Shown here piece after piece: positions 8,533-17,392 of a DNA stretch of 38,407 nucleotides. Within the stretch, counting starts at the first letter, position 1. Each line of letters opens with the position of its first letter. Below the pieces are notes generated by a model that saw only the letters and a list, made by a program, of their open reading frames with translations, was not told the origin of the DNA and ran no database searches. The stretch covers positions 1-38,407 of the forward strand of contig JAGVXW010000016.1 in assembly GCA_018303575.1 (NCBI GenBank). The letters are read 5' to 3'. The translations under genes and the position numbers were made by a program. This DNA is from Candidatus Woesearchaeota archaeon. GTDB taxonomy: Archaea > Nanobdellota > Nanobdellia > Woesearchaeales > WJIZ01.

Positions 8533-8922
8533 ATGACCCTCAACGACACACTGGCAAACGCGCTTTCCCGGATCGAACAGCATGAGAAGCTGGGAAGGAA
8601 GGAATGCGCCGTGGAAAGCTCAAAGCTCGTCAAGAACGTCCTTGGCATCCTGAAGCAATTCGGCTACATCAAGGATTTCAGCGCGAAGAAAGAGGGCGCG
8701 AAGGAGATCCTGACCGTGCAGCTGTCCGGAGCCATCAACAGCGTCGGGGTGGTGAAGCCGCGATTCCCGCTCCAGACAGCGACATTCACCAAGTGGGAGA
8801 AGAGATACCTTCCCTCCAAGGACATGGGCATCCTCGTGCTCTCGACGGTAGAGGGGCTGATGGACCATGCCAAGGCGAAGGAAAAACACATGGGGGGCAG
8901 GATCCTCGCCTATTGCTACTAA
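8533..8922 (+). CDS. rps8: 30S ribosomal protein uS8
   Basis: 129 aa, MTLNDTLANALSRIEQHEKLGRKE... is a canonical S8 N-terminus. Confidence 0.94.
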   Translation: MTLNDTLANALSRIEQHEKLGRKECAVESSKLVKNVLGILKQFGYIKDFSAKKEGAKEILTVQLSGAINSVGVVKPRFPLQTATFTKWEKRYLPSKDMGILVLSTVEGLMDHAKAKEKHMGGRILAYCY

Positions 8923-8924
8923 CC

Positions 8925-9479
8925 ATGACAGAATCCAAAGGACTGGAAACGCGCATCACGCTCCGGCAGGGGCAAAAAGCGAGCTTCGAACAGGGCACAC
9001 TCCGCATCACGGGAAAGAACGGCGAGGCAAGCCGGGAGATCTCCCACCCGATGATCCAGGTGGGCGTCGAAGGGAATGAAATCGTGATGCGCGTGCCCAG
9101 GGACACGAAGAACCAGAAGCGCATGCTCAACACGCATGACGCCCATGTCCGGAACCTTGTAAGAGGCGCGGATGAAGGCCATGTCTACAAGCTCAAGATC
9201 TGCGCCAGCCATTTCCCGATGACTGTCCAGGTGGCCGGCAGCCAATTGGTCATCAAGAATTTCCTCGGCGAGAAATTCCCCCGGACGCTGGCGCTCAAAG
9301 AGGGGGCAACGGTAAAAGTGGATGGGCAGATCATCACTGTTGAGAGCGCGAACAAGGAAACTGCTGGCACCGTGGCCTCAGATATTGAGAAATTGACCCG
9401 GAGGCCGGGATTTGATCCCCGCGTTTTCCAGGACGGCATCTATATGATCCTCAAGGACGGCAAGGGGGTGGCGGAATGA
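8925..9479 (+). CDS. rpl6: 50S ribosomal protein uL6
   Basis: The in-frame ATG at 8925, just after the rps8 stop, gives 184 aa, ...VYKLKICASHFPMTVQVAGSQLVIKNFLGEK.... The 8604 ORF start overlaps rps8. Confidence 0.92.
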   Translation: MTESKGLETRITLRQGQKASFEQGTLRITGKNGEASREISHPMIQVGVEGNEIVMRVPRDTKNQKRMLNTHDAHVRNLVRGADEGHVYKLKICASHFPMTVQVAGSQLVIKNFLGEKFPRTLALKEGATVKVDGQIITVESANKETAGTVASDIEKLTRRPGFDPRVFQDGIYMILKDGKGVAE

Positions 9480-10042
9480 GCCACCTTGAAGTGAGAAAGG
9501 CGACCAAGCGGAGGAAGCCGGAATTCCTTCAGCAGGACTATCATATCCTCAAAAGGGTGGCGAGGCACTGGCGGAGGCCGAGGGGCATAGACAGCAAGAT
9601 GCGCCTCCATCTTAAAGGCTACCAAAAGGAAGTCGAGCCGGGATATGGCTCGCCAAAAGACGTGCGAGGCATGCACTTTTCCGGGCTGTGGCCTGTCAAA
9701 GTTGCGACAGCCGAGGAACTCGGCCGGCTGGACGCCAAGACGCAGGGAGCAGTGCTGCTCAAGGTCGGCATGAGACGGCGAAAGGAACTGCTCCTCAAGG
9801 CCAAGGAGCTGGGCATCAGGATCCTCAATATCAGGGAAGCCGATAAGGCGGTGGCTGCCATTGACAGCGCGCTTCAGGAGCGGAAAAAGGAACGGAAGGA
9901 GAAGCTCAAGCGCCGCGACCGCGCGCCGAAAGAGGAGAAGAAAGCGAAGAAAGACAAGCTCGCTGAAAAAGTGAGCGATGAAGAGAAGGCGCTCGCTGAA
10001 AAGAAGGAGAAAGATAAGCTCCTGACACAGAAGGCACCATGA
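9476..10042 (+). CDS. rpl32e: 50S ribosomal protein eL32 with a ~60-aa Lys/Glu-rich C-terminal tail
   Basis: 188 aa. L32e core (RRKPEFLQQDYHILKRVARHWRRPRGIDSKMR...), then ERKKERKEKLKRRDRAPKEEKKAKKDKLAEKVSDEEKALAEKKEKDK. Confidence 0.9.
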   Translation: MSHLEVRKATKRRKPEFLQQDYHILKRVARHWRRPRGIDSKMRLHLKGYQKEVEPGYGSPKDVRGMHFSGLWPVKVATAEELGRLDAKTQGAVLLKVGMRRRKELLLKAKELGIRILNIREADKAVAAIDSALQERKKERKEKLKRRDRAPKEEKKAKKDKLAEKVSDEEKALAEKKEKDKLLTQKAP

Positions 10043-10485
10043 AACTCACAGTACAGAAACGGCTTGCGGGAGATTTGCTGAAGTGCAGCCCCAAGAAGAT
10101 ACGCTTCGATCCCGCGCGGCTCGAGGAAATCAAGGAGGCGATCACGAAGAAGGACGTCTGGCGCCTCATCTCCGAGGGCGCGATCAGCTACCGCAAGACG
10201 CAGGAAACGTCCAGGAGCCGGGCCAGGGTGCTCCAGCACCAAAAAAGCAGGGGCCAAAGAAAGGGGCCGGGCAGCAGGAAAGGAAGCAAGTTTTCCCGCG
10301 TCAGCAGAAAGACGCGCTGGATCCTGCGCATGCGCGCGCTCCGCGGCCTGCTGAAGGAACTCAAGGAAAACAAGAAAATCACCAATGAGACGTTCAGAGA
10401 TGTTTACACCAAGACGAGCGGCGGCTACTTCAGAAGCAGAAGGCACATCCTGCTCTACCTTGAGGAGAAACAGCTGATCAAATGA
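10039..10485 (+). CDS. rpl19e: 50S ribosomal protein eL19
   Basis: 148 aa, MKLTVQKRLAGDLLKCSPKKIRFDP... is a typical L19e. Confidence 0.93.
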   Translation: MKLTVQKRLAGDLLKCSPKKIRFDPARLEEIKEAITKKDVWRLISEGAISYRKTQETSRSRARVLQHQKSRGQRKGPGSRKGSKFSRVSRKTRWILRMRALRGLLKELKENKKITNETFRDVYTKTSGGYFRSRRHILLYLEEKQLIK

Positions 10486-11060
10486 GCACCACAACCCGAA
10501 GCGTGCCTTTCCGCAGGAAGCGGGAGGGGAGAACGGACTACCGGAAGCGCATCAAGCTCCTGATGTCCGGAAAGCCGCGGCTCACTGTGCGGATGAGCCT
10601 CAAGAATATCCGCGCGCAGCTGATCACGTTTTCCGAGAAGGGCGACATCGTGCAGGCGCAGGCAGACACGAAAGAGCTCAAGAACTATGGCTGGAACTAT
10701 CCGGCGAGCAATACGCCGTCCGGCTATCTCCTCGGCATGCTCATCGCGAAGAAGGCGAAAGAAAAGGGCGTTGGGGAAGCGATCCTTGACATCGGTTTCA
10801 GGAAATCCGTGCCGGGAAGCACTGTCTTCGCGGTGCTGAAGGGCGCGGTAGATTCTGGCCTGCGCATCCCCCATGGCGAGGCAATCGTGCCCAAGCCGGA
10901 AAGGCTGTCGGGCAAGCATATCGCCGAGTACGCCGCCAAGCTCAAGGCAAACGGAAGCTATGAGAAAAAGTTCTCCGGCTACCTCAAGCTCGGGGCGAAG
11001 CCCGAGGACATGCCGCAGGCTGTCGAGACCGTAAAACAGAAGCTCCAGGGTGCATCATGA
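10482..11060 (+). CDS. rpl18: 50S ribosomal protein uL18
   Basis: 192 aa, ...VPFRRKREGRTDYRKRIKLLMSGKPRLTVRMSLKNI.... Confidence 0.93.
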   Translation: MSTTTRSVPFRRKREGRTDYRKRIKLLMSGKPRLTVRMSLKNIRAQLITFSEKGDIVQAQADTKELKNYGWNYPASNTPSGYLLGMLIAKKAKEKGVGEAILDIGFRKSVPGSTVFAVLKGAVDSGLRIPHGEAIVPKPERLSGKHIAEYAAKLKANGSYEKKFSGYLKLGAKPEDMPQAVETVKQKLQGAS

Positions 11061-11830
11061 GACGCAGAAGATCCGACATCAAGGAAGAACCGGCAGAACA
11101 GATCGAGAAGCTCCTTTCCGACATCGAGGCCTGGCAACCCAGGACAGAACTCGGAAGGAAAGTGAAATCCGGCGAGATCACTGACATTGATTTCATCCTG
11201 GATTCCGGGCTGAAAATCCTTGAGCCGGAAATCGTGGACAAGCTGCTCCCGGGCATGGAGAGCGAACTGCTGCTCATCGGCCAGAGCAAGGGAAAATTCG
11301 GCGGCGGACAACGCAGAGTATTCAAGCAGACCCAGAAGAAGACCGCTGAAGGCAACAGGCCGCAATTCGCGACGGTCGTCGTCATTGGAAACAAGAATGG
11401 CTATGTTGGATTAGGAAACGGGAAGAGCCGGGAGACCGTACCCGCACGGGAAAAGGCGATCAAGAACGCGAAAAAAAATCTCTTCAAGATCAGGCGGGGG
11501 ACTGGCAGCTGGGAAGACAGCTCGACCGAGCCTCACAGCCTTCCTTTCGCAGTCAATGGCAGGTGCGGGTCGGTGCGGCTGAGGCTGATGCCGGCGCCGC
11601 GCGGCTCTGGCCTGGTGGCGCACAAGGAAGTCCAGAAGATCCTCAGGCTTGCCGGAGTCAGCAATGCCTTCTCCAAGACTTTTGGGCATGTCGGCACCAC
11701 AACCAACCTCATCAAGGCCTGCGAGGCCGCGCTGCGGCAGCTCATGCGCGTCAAGGTGAGCAGCAGCCTCAATGTGGCGGAAGGAGCGAAGCGCACGCTC
11801 AGGCAGGAGTTCCAGGACGTGATGCCATGA
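11057..11830 (+). CDS. rps5: 30S ribosomal protein uS5 (with an N-terminal charged extension)
   Basis: 257 aa, ...ATVVVIGNKNGYVGLGNGKSRETVPAREKAIKNAKKNLFKI... Confidence 0.93.
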   Translation: MRRRRSDIKEEPAEQIEKLLSDIEAWQPRTELGRKVKSGEITDIDFILDSGLKILEPEIVDKLLPGMESELLLIGQSKGKFGGGQRRVFKQTQKKTAEGNRPQFATVVVIGNKNGYVGLGNGKSRETVPAREKAIKNAKKNLFKIRRGTGSWEDSSTEPHSLPFAVNGRCGSVRLRLMPAPRGSGLVAHKEVQKILRLAGVSNAFSKTFGHVGTTTNLIKACEAALRQLMRVKVSSSLNVAEGAKRTLRQEFQDVMP

Positions 11831-12255
11831 AGATCGCCGTTGTCCGGGTACGGGGGCTGGTCAGGGTCAAGACGCCAGTGCAAGAGACCATGCGACATCT
11901 CCGGCTCATGAACCGCAATTACTGCGTGTTCCTCGACCCCACGCCCCAGAACCGGGGTATGGTGCGCCGGGTGCGGGACTATGTCACATGGGGAGAGGTG
12001 GACGATGGCTTTTTCGCCGAGGTAGCGGAAAAGAAAGGCGATGCGTATACGGGCAGGGAGCAGGACGCAAAGGGGAAGATCTCCTATTCCAGAAGGTACC
12101 ATATCGTGAACGGCAAGAAAATACGGAAGTACTTTAGGTTGAATCCGCCTCGCGGCGGCTACGGCAGAAAAGGAGTGAAGGCGCCTTTCTCGCTGGGTGG
12201 GGCGCTCGGCGACAGGAAGGAGAAGATCGTTAGCCTGATCAGAAGGATGATGTAG
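11827..12255 (+). CDS. rpl30: 50S ribosomal protein uL30
   Basis: The in-frame ATG at 11827 (ATGA overlap with the rps5 stop) gives 142 aa, MKIAVVRVRGLVRVKTPVQETMRHLRL.... The 11563 ORF start overlaps rps5. Confidence 0.92.
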   Translation: MKIAVVRVRGLVRVKTPVQETMRHLRLMNRNYCVFLDPTPQNRGMVRRVRDYVTWGEVDDGFFAEVAEKKGDAYTGREQDAKGKISYSRRYHIVNGKKIRKYFRLNPPRGGYGRKGVKAPFSLGGALGDRKEKIVSLIRRMM

Positions 12256-12256
12256 C

Positions 12257-12700
12257 ATGGTTCACAGAAAACGCAGGAAGTTCTCGAGGATGCGCGGCCT
12301 ATCCACGCATGGCTGGGGAGCGAAGAAGAAGCACCGCGGCTCTGGCAATCGCGGCGGGGTCGGCATGGCTGGGACAGGAAAGAAGGCGCACGGCAAGAAG
12401 CCCATGATCTGGGACAATCCCCTGTACTTCGGCAAGCACGGCTTCAAGAAGAAGGGCGAAGTCACGATTGACACGTGCATCAACCTGGACCAGCTCGAGC
12501 TGATGCTGCCGAAACTTGTCTCGGGGGGGAAGGCGAGGATGGAGGGGAAGACTTTTATAGTCGACCTGCCGAGCCTCGGATACACGAAGCTGCTCGGCTC
12601 CGGCAAAGTACAGCACAGCCTGAACATCACGGTGCCTCGGGCGTCCGAAAAGGCCCGGGCGAAAGTGCAGGAGCAGGGCGGCGCTGTCAAGGCGGAATAA
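12257..12700 (+). CDS. rpl15: 50S ribosomal protein uL15
   Basis: 147 aa, ...HGWGAKKKHRGSGNRGGVGMAGTGKK... Confidence 0.93.
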   Translation: MVHRKRRKFSRMRGLSTHGWGAKKKHRGSGNRGGVGMAGTGKKAHGKKPMIWDNPLYFGKHGFKKKGEVTIDTCINLDQLELMLPKLVSGGKARMEGKTFIVDLPSLGYTKLLGSGKVQHSLNITVPRASEKARAKVQEQGGAVKAE

Positions 12701-12701
12701 G

Positions 12702-14117
12702 ATGTCCTGGTTCAAAACCATCATCTACAACCTGCCCGAGGTCGCGGCGCCGGAGCAGCGCCGGCTGGCCTTCGGCGAGAAGCTGAAATGGACGCTCATC
12801 GCGCTGGTTCTCTATTTCGTCCTCGGCATGATGCCGTTGTTTGGGCTCGGCGAGAACTCGCTGCAGCAGTTTGAGTTCCTGTCCATTGTTCTTGCGTCTC
12901 CTTTCGGTTCGATCATTTCTCTGGGGATCGGGCCGATCGTCACCGCATCTATTGTGTTGCAGTTGCTGAATGGCGCGGGCATCGTGAAGTTTGATCTGAC
13001 TTCACATGAAGGGAAGCGGCTGTTCCAGGGCGTACAGAAGCTTTTGAGCATCTTCTTCATTATCTTTGAAGGTTCCATCTACGTCTTCATGGGCGGGCTG
13101 GCGCCGTCGAACGCTTTGATCGGCACTTCCCAATACTTCCAGCTTCAGATGATCCTTGTCTTCCAGCTTGTCCTGGGCGGGCTGATGATCATGTTCATGG
13201 ACGAGGTTGTGTCGAAATGGGGCTTCGGTTCCGGCATCAGCCTGTTCATCGCGGCGGGAGTGTCGCAGAGCATCTTCATCCAAGCTTTCAGCTGGCTTCC
13301 GGGGCCTTCTGGGCTGGCTGGGGTGACCTACGCCATCGGCGCGATCCCGGCGCTGTTCCAGTCGCTGGCAGCCGGCGACCCGACGACAGCCGGGGTGCGG
13401 CTGGCCGCGCTTCTTTCGACGGCGGTGATCTTCCTCGTGGTTGTGTACGTGCAGAGCATGAAGGTGGAGATTCCTTTATCGTTTGGCAGGATCCGCGGGC
13501 AGGGCATCCGATGGCCTCTTTCATTCATGTACACTTCCAATATTCCGGTGATCCTTGTCGCTGCCTTGCTGGCGAACTTTCAGTTGATTGGAAGATTGCT
13601 GCAGAACTGGATCGGGCCTAATTTATTTGCCAGGTTCTCCGACACCGGACAGGTAGTGGGGGGTTTTGTTTACTGGGTGCAAGCGCCGGATCTTCTCCGG
13701 ACGATCATCGAGCAGAAGACGCTGTTCTTCGGCTCAGCGCCTTATCTCCAGTCGCTCGTATACATCATCGTGATGATTGCGGGCAGCGTCGTGTTCTCCA
13801 TCTTCTGGGTGCAGACAGCTGGCATGGACGCCAAGAGCCAGGCCAGGCAGATGATGTCGGCCGGGCTGCAAATCCCCGGGTTCAGGCGGGATGAGCGCGT
13901 GCTGGAGAGTTTATTGAACCGGTACATCTGGCCGCTGACAATTATGGGCGGCATGGCGGTCGGGCTGCTTGCTGCGCTGGCTGATCTTACTGGGGCATTG
14001 TCTCGCGGAACAGGCATCTTGCTTGCGGTGATGATCGTCTACAAAATGTATGAGGACATCGCGCGGCAGCATCTCATGGACATGAACCCCGCGATGCAGA
14101 AGTTCCTGGGTGGCTGA
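12702..14117 (+). CDS. secY: Preprotein translocase subunit SecY
   Basis: 471 aa, 10-TM pattern, ...LGIGPIVTASIVLQLL... plug/TM2 signature. Conserved position after L15. Confidence 0.95.
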   Translation: MSWFKTIIYNLPEVAAPEQRRLAFGEKLKWTLIALVLYFVLGMMPLFGLGENSLQQFEFLSIVLASPFGSIISLGIGPIVTASIVLQLLNGAGIVKFDLTSHEGKRLFQGVQKLLSIFFIIFEGSIYVFMGGLAPSNALIGTSQYFQLQMILVFQLVLGGLMIMFMDEVVSKWGFGSGISLFIAAGVSQSIFIQAFSWLPGPSGLAGVTYAIGAIPALFQSLAAGDPTTAGVRLAALLSTAVIFLVVVYVQSMKVEIPLSFGRIRGQGIRWPLSFMYTSNIPVILVAALLANFQLIGRLLQNWIGPNLFARFSDTGQVVGGFVYWVQAPDLLRTIIEQKTLFFGSAPYLQSLVYIIVMIAGSVVFSIFWVQTAGMDAKSQARQMMSAGLQIPGFRRDERVLESLLNRYIWPLTIMGGMAVGLLAALADLTGALSRGTGILLAVMIVYKMYEDIARQHLMDMNPAMQKFLGG

Positions 14118-14872
14118 TGGCATTTTCTTCTTTCTTGGATCCGGTGCTCGGGCCGTTGCTCTTGCTTGATCCGCTGCTGGCGATGGTTCTGGTTTCTCTC
14201 CTGATCAGCGTCCTGATCACGGTCATCTACAAGTATACCACAGACCAGAACTTGATGAAGCGATTGAAGGAGGAGATGAAGGAGCTGCAGAAGCAGACGC
14301 GGGAGCTCAAGGACAACCCGGAAAAGATGATGGAAGTGAACCGGAAGGCGATGGAGAGTAACATGAAGTACATGACGCAGAGCTTCAAGAGCACGCTCTA
14401 TACTTTGCTGCCCTTGCTGCTGATCTTTTCCTGGATGAGCAACAATTTCGCGTATGAGAGCATCCAGCCCGGCGAGCAGTTCTCGGTGACGCTGAGTTTT
14501 GCGAAGAATTCGCTTGGCAATGTGTCTGTATCTCCTCCTGCAGGTATTGAAATGGTAGGTGAAGAGACGCAGGCAACCGCCAACGGGAAAGCGACGTTCA
14601 ATTTCAAAGGGGAAGAAGGGAGCTATACCGAGGGGAAGGCGCTGACTTTTCATTATAACGGCAAACTCTTTTATAAGGACGTGCTCATCACTTCGGAGCC
14701 GAAATACGCTCCCAAAGACGAGAAGATCAATGACCCGAACCTGAAGCTGATTTCCATCGATTACCCGAAGAGAAAAATCCTTCCGGTGATCGGATGGGGC
14801 TGGCTGGGGACGTATATCGTCCTTTCGATTGTCTTCTCGATGCTGCTGAGAAAGTGGATGAAAGTGTATTGA
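14117..14872 (+). CDS. DUF106/EMC3-TMCO1-like (Oxa1-superfamily) membrane insertase homologue with a ~110-aa insertion between TM2 and TM3
   Basis: 251 aa: TM1, coiled-coil KRLKEEMKELQKQTRELKDNPEKMMEVNRKAME, TM2, a beta-rich insert (aa ~109-220), TM3. The position next to secY is typical of archaeal DUF106 (MJ0480 family). Confidence 0.7.
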   Translation: MAFSSFLDPVLGPLLLLDPLLAMVLVSLLISVLITVIYKYTTDQNLMKRLKEEMKELQKQTRELKDNPEKMMEVNRKAMESNMKYMTQSFKSTLYTLLPLLLIFSWMSNNFAYESIQPGEQFSVTLSFAKNSLGNVSVSPPAGIEMVGEETQATANGKATFNFKGEEGSYTEGKALTFHYNGKLFYKDVLITSEPKYAPKDEKINDPNLKLISIDYPKRKILPVIGWGWLGTYIVLSIVFSMLLRKWMKVY

Positions 14873-14984
14873 TCTCCGCCTGAAAGCCATCTGGTTAAGT
14901 CAAATGGAACTTCTCAAAGCAGGCCTTCCTGGCGGCTGTCGGACTGCTTTGTCGCCTAACTTGACTGCGTCAGGCCATCTAAAG

Positions 14985-14993
14985 CTTTATAAA
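14985..14993 (+). promoter_or_regulatory. TATA box (CTTTATAAA) for rpl34e; spacing implies a leaderless mRNA
   Basis: The centre lies ~27 nt upstream of the ATG at 15016. No Shine-Dalgarno in between. Confidence 0.5.
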
Positions 14994-15015
14994 CGCTCCG
15001 GGACTCCTTTTCGGC

Positions 15016-15282
15016 ATGGTACGCAGAAGCTTGCGCTCGACGTCATGGAGGCAGATCAAGGTGAAGACCTCCAGCGGGGTTCGAATCCATTACCGAAAAG
15101 CTCGGCCGAAGAAGGCGCACTGCGCTGTCACCGGAAAGCCGCTGCAGGGAGTTGCGCGGCTGTGGCCAAGCGAAAAGGCGCCCAAGATCGCCAAGAGGCC
15201 GGAGAGGCCTTATGGCGGAGTGCTGAGCTCGGAAGCGATGCGCAAGCTGTTCAAGGAGAAAGTGAGAAAATTAGATTCTTAG
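15016..15282 (+). CDS. rpl34e: 50S ribosomal protein eL34
   Basis: 88 aa, MVRRSLRSTSWRQIKVKTSSGVRIHYRKARPKKAHCAVTGKPLQGV...KRPERPYGGVLS matches the archaeal L34e pattern. Confidence 0.88.
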   Translation: MVRRSLRSTSWRQIKVKTSSGVRIHYRKARPKKAHCAVTGKPLQGVARLWPSEKAPKIAKRPERPYGGVLSSEAMRKLFKEKVRKLDS

Positions 15283-15287
15283 CTCTT

Positions 15288-15308
15288 GCCAGGGCGGCGA
15301 CGCCTGGC
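15288..15308 (+). promoter_or_regulatory. Stem-loop (8 bp plus 1 bulge, GCGA tetraloop) immediately upstream of the extended SD GGAGGAGGAGAG (15309-15320) of rpl14e
   Basis: GCCAGGGCG-GCGA-CGCCTGGC read directly from the sequence. It occupies the slot where cmk normally lies. Confidence 0.4.
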
Positions 15309-15322
15309 GGAGGAGGAGAGCC

Positions 15323-15727
15323 ATGTTCGAAACCGGAAGAGTATGCATGAAGATCGCCGGCAGGGACGCCGGAAGGATGTGCGTGATTGTTGACAGCATT
15401 GACGGCAGATTTGTCCTCATTGACGGCGATGTCAGAAGGAGGAAGTGTAACATCTTCCATCTTGAGCCCCTGGAGAAGACTGTTTCTTTGAAGAAGGGCG
15501 CATCACATGAAGAGGTAGCGAAGGCCTTCAAGGAGCTTGGCTACAGCGTGTGGAGCACCAAGCCGAAGCAGAAGACCGTGAGGCCGAGGAAAGTGCGCGA
15601 GCATCTGAAAGTTCAGGAAGAGAAGAAGGGGCACAAAGCCGAGAAACCGAAGAAGGAAAAGCCCGCCGCCAAGCCGAAGACCGAGAAGAAAGCTCCGAAC
15701 GTTCCCAAGGAAGAAATCAAAAAATAA
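15323..15727 (+). CDS. rpl14e: 50S ribosomal protein eL14 with a ~55-aa Lys-rich C-terminal tail
   Basis: 134 aa, MFETGRVCMKIAGRDAGRMCVIVDSIDGRFVLIDG..RRRKCNIFHLEP (KOW/L14e), then KPKQKTVRPRKVREHLKVQEEKKGHKAEKPKKEKPAAKPKTEKK. Confidence 0.88.
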   Translation: MFETGRVCMKIAGRDAGRMCVIVDSIDGRFVLIDGDVRRRKCNIFHLEPLEKTVSLKKGASHEEVAKAFKELGYSVWSTKPKQKTVRPRKVREHLKVQEEKKGHKAEKPKKEKPAAKPKTEKKAPNVPKEEIKK

Positions 15728-15757
15728 GTAATGGATCAGCTCTTTCGAGAAGCTCTG

Positions 15758-17392
15758 CTAAAGAAGCAGATTGACATCAATTTCGAAAACGGATACCGGC
15801 ATGATCAACTGCCAATTTTCCAAGACTTTGGGGTGCAGCTCGCCAATGAGTCCGGCGTCCTTATTTCCTATCAGGATTTTCGCGACCCTGCCGGGGATGA
15901 AGCTGGGATGGGCGGCCTTTTCTATGGCGCAGTCCTTGCCGAGCATGCGCAGGAGATAATCGAGAACCTGCTTTGCTTTCGTGTAATCCGCCTTCTCGTC
16001 CGCAATGCCGACGACGAGCTTCTGCACTTCAGTTATTCCAGTCTCGCTCTGGCCTTTGGCGAACGTCGTGAGAAACGTGAAGAGATGCTGGGGATACTCG
16101 TGCTGCCTGTTGCGGTGGAAAATGTCCATGAGCGCCGGGACAGCCCAGGCGGGGAGGACATTGTATTCCTGGTTGACGGCGTTTAAGAGCGGGATGAGAT
16201 GCTCTTTCGCGAGCATTTTCTCGTTTTGTGTTTCTTTCGAAGTGAGATGAAGCGTGGCGCATTCCAGGAAACCGAGGCCGGCTAAGATTTCGCTGATCTT
16301 TCGCTTGAGAATGCTGATGCCTTGCTCCTTGCCGATGGTCGCGACCGCCGGAAGCTCTTCGGTGAAATTCTCGAAGCCATACGCGATGGCGATGTCCTCA
16401 ACAAGATCAATCGGATGGAGGATGTCGGCCCGGTACGCCGGGATTTTCGCCTTGCCTTTCTCATATCCATAGCCCATGCGCTCCAGGAGTGGCTTGAGAT
16501 CGGACTCTTTTAACGCAAGGCCGAGAATCTTGTTGACATAGGCGATAGTGATGGGCATTTCTTCTGGTCTCAGATCAGGGGATACCAGTTTTTTGCCGTA
16601 GGCCTCGATCTCCATCGCGTGAATTGAGCCGCCCATATCCGCAAGGGCGGTAACGATCATGTTAAGGCACTTCGCCTGCGCGCTGTAATCGAAGCCGGAG
16701 CATTCAATGAACACTTCTTTGGTTTTTTCTGTCACCTTGCCTGTGTCGTGGCTGTTGATGACCGGTGGCATTGAGAGGATGCTCCCTTTTGCGTCGACGA
16801 AAACCGGGTATCGCGCCTTTCCCTCGAGAAGATGGCCGTAGGCCTTTCCTGCTGGATGCGTTTCCAAGATTTCAGCGGCTGACTGCACGCCTTTTCCTTC
16901 TAAAGCGTGGAATTTAATCTGCTGAGGTGCGAGCGCCTTGAAGGTGATAGGCATCTGGATGCTCTCGAGGGGATAGATGCCAATGGCGACTTTCTTCCTG
17001 TTCCTTCCGAATGTGATGTGGAGCTTCTCCTGGATCTGGATGAGTTCCCTGATTTTTTCATCGTCGAGTTTCAGGCCTGTGACAATCGCGCAGGCGCTCC
17101 AGGGACGCACGTCTTTCACGGAGGGGTCGATGATGAGCTTGTGCTTTGATTTCGTGATTTTGTATTCTTTAAGGCCTGTCTCGGCACCCAGAAAACTCTT
17201 GAATGTCCTCGCGAAGCCGGAATCTGACAGCAAATCCGGGCGGTTGGGGAAGATCTCGACGATGATTTCATCCTTTGTGACGGATTCCAGATCTGTGCCG
17301 AGCATGCTGATGCGCTCCTTCAGCTGATCCTCTGCGAGCTTCTTGCCTATCGCGGCTTCGAGCACCTTCCGGTTAAGAGTTATCGTGGGCAT
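15758..17392 (-). CDS. pheT: Phenylalanine--tRNA ligase beta subunit (archaeal type)
   Basis: 544 aa, MPTITLNRKVLEAAIGKKL...VEIFPNRPDLLSDSGFAR is typical of the B3/4 domain. It overlaps the pheS stop by 13 nt. Confidence 0.92.
   Translation of the reverse strand: MPTITLNRKVLEAAIGKKLAEDQLKERISMLGTDLESVTKDEIIVEIFPNRPDLLSDSGFARTFKSFLGAETGLKEYKITKSKHKLIIDPSVKDVRPWSACAIVTGLKLDDEKIRELIQIQEKLHITFGRNRKKVAIGIYPLESIQMPITFKALAPQQIKFHALEGKGVQSAAEILETHPAGKAYGHLLEGKARYPVFVDAKGSILSMPPVINSHDTGKVTEKTKEVFIECSGFDYSAQAKCLNMIVTALADMGGSIHAMEIEAYGKKLVSPDLRPEEMPITIAYVNKILGLALKESDLKPLLERMGYGYEKGKAKIPAYRADILHPIDLVEDIAIAYGFENFTEELPAVATIGKEQGISILKRKISEILAGLGFLECATLHLTSKETQNEKMLAKEHLIPLLNAVNQEYNVLPAWAVPALMDIFHRNRQHEYPQHLFTFLTTFAKGQSETGITEVQKLVVGIADEKADYTKAKQVLDYLLRMLGKDCAIEKAAHPSFIPGRVAKILIGNKDAGLIGELHPKVLENWQLIMPVSVFEIDVNLLL

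Noticed and set aside
14873-14984. Partial repeats (GCCATCT twice; TTAAGTCAA / TTGACT) between DUF106 and rpl34e that might form an RNA structure
   Set aside because: Only 6-bp complementarity with mismatched flanks, too weak to call. The region is more simply the terminator and promoter spacer.
14904-15350. 148-aa ORF overlapping rpl34e in another frame
   Set aside because: The rpl34e frame has clear family similarity and a correctly spaced TATA box. The alternative frame has none.
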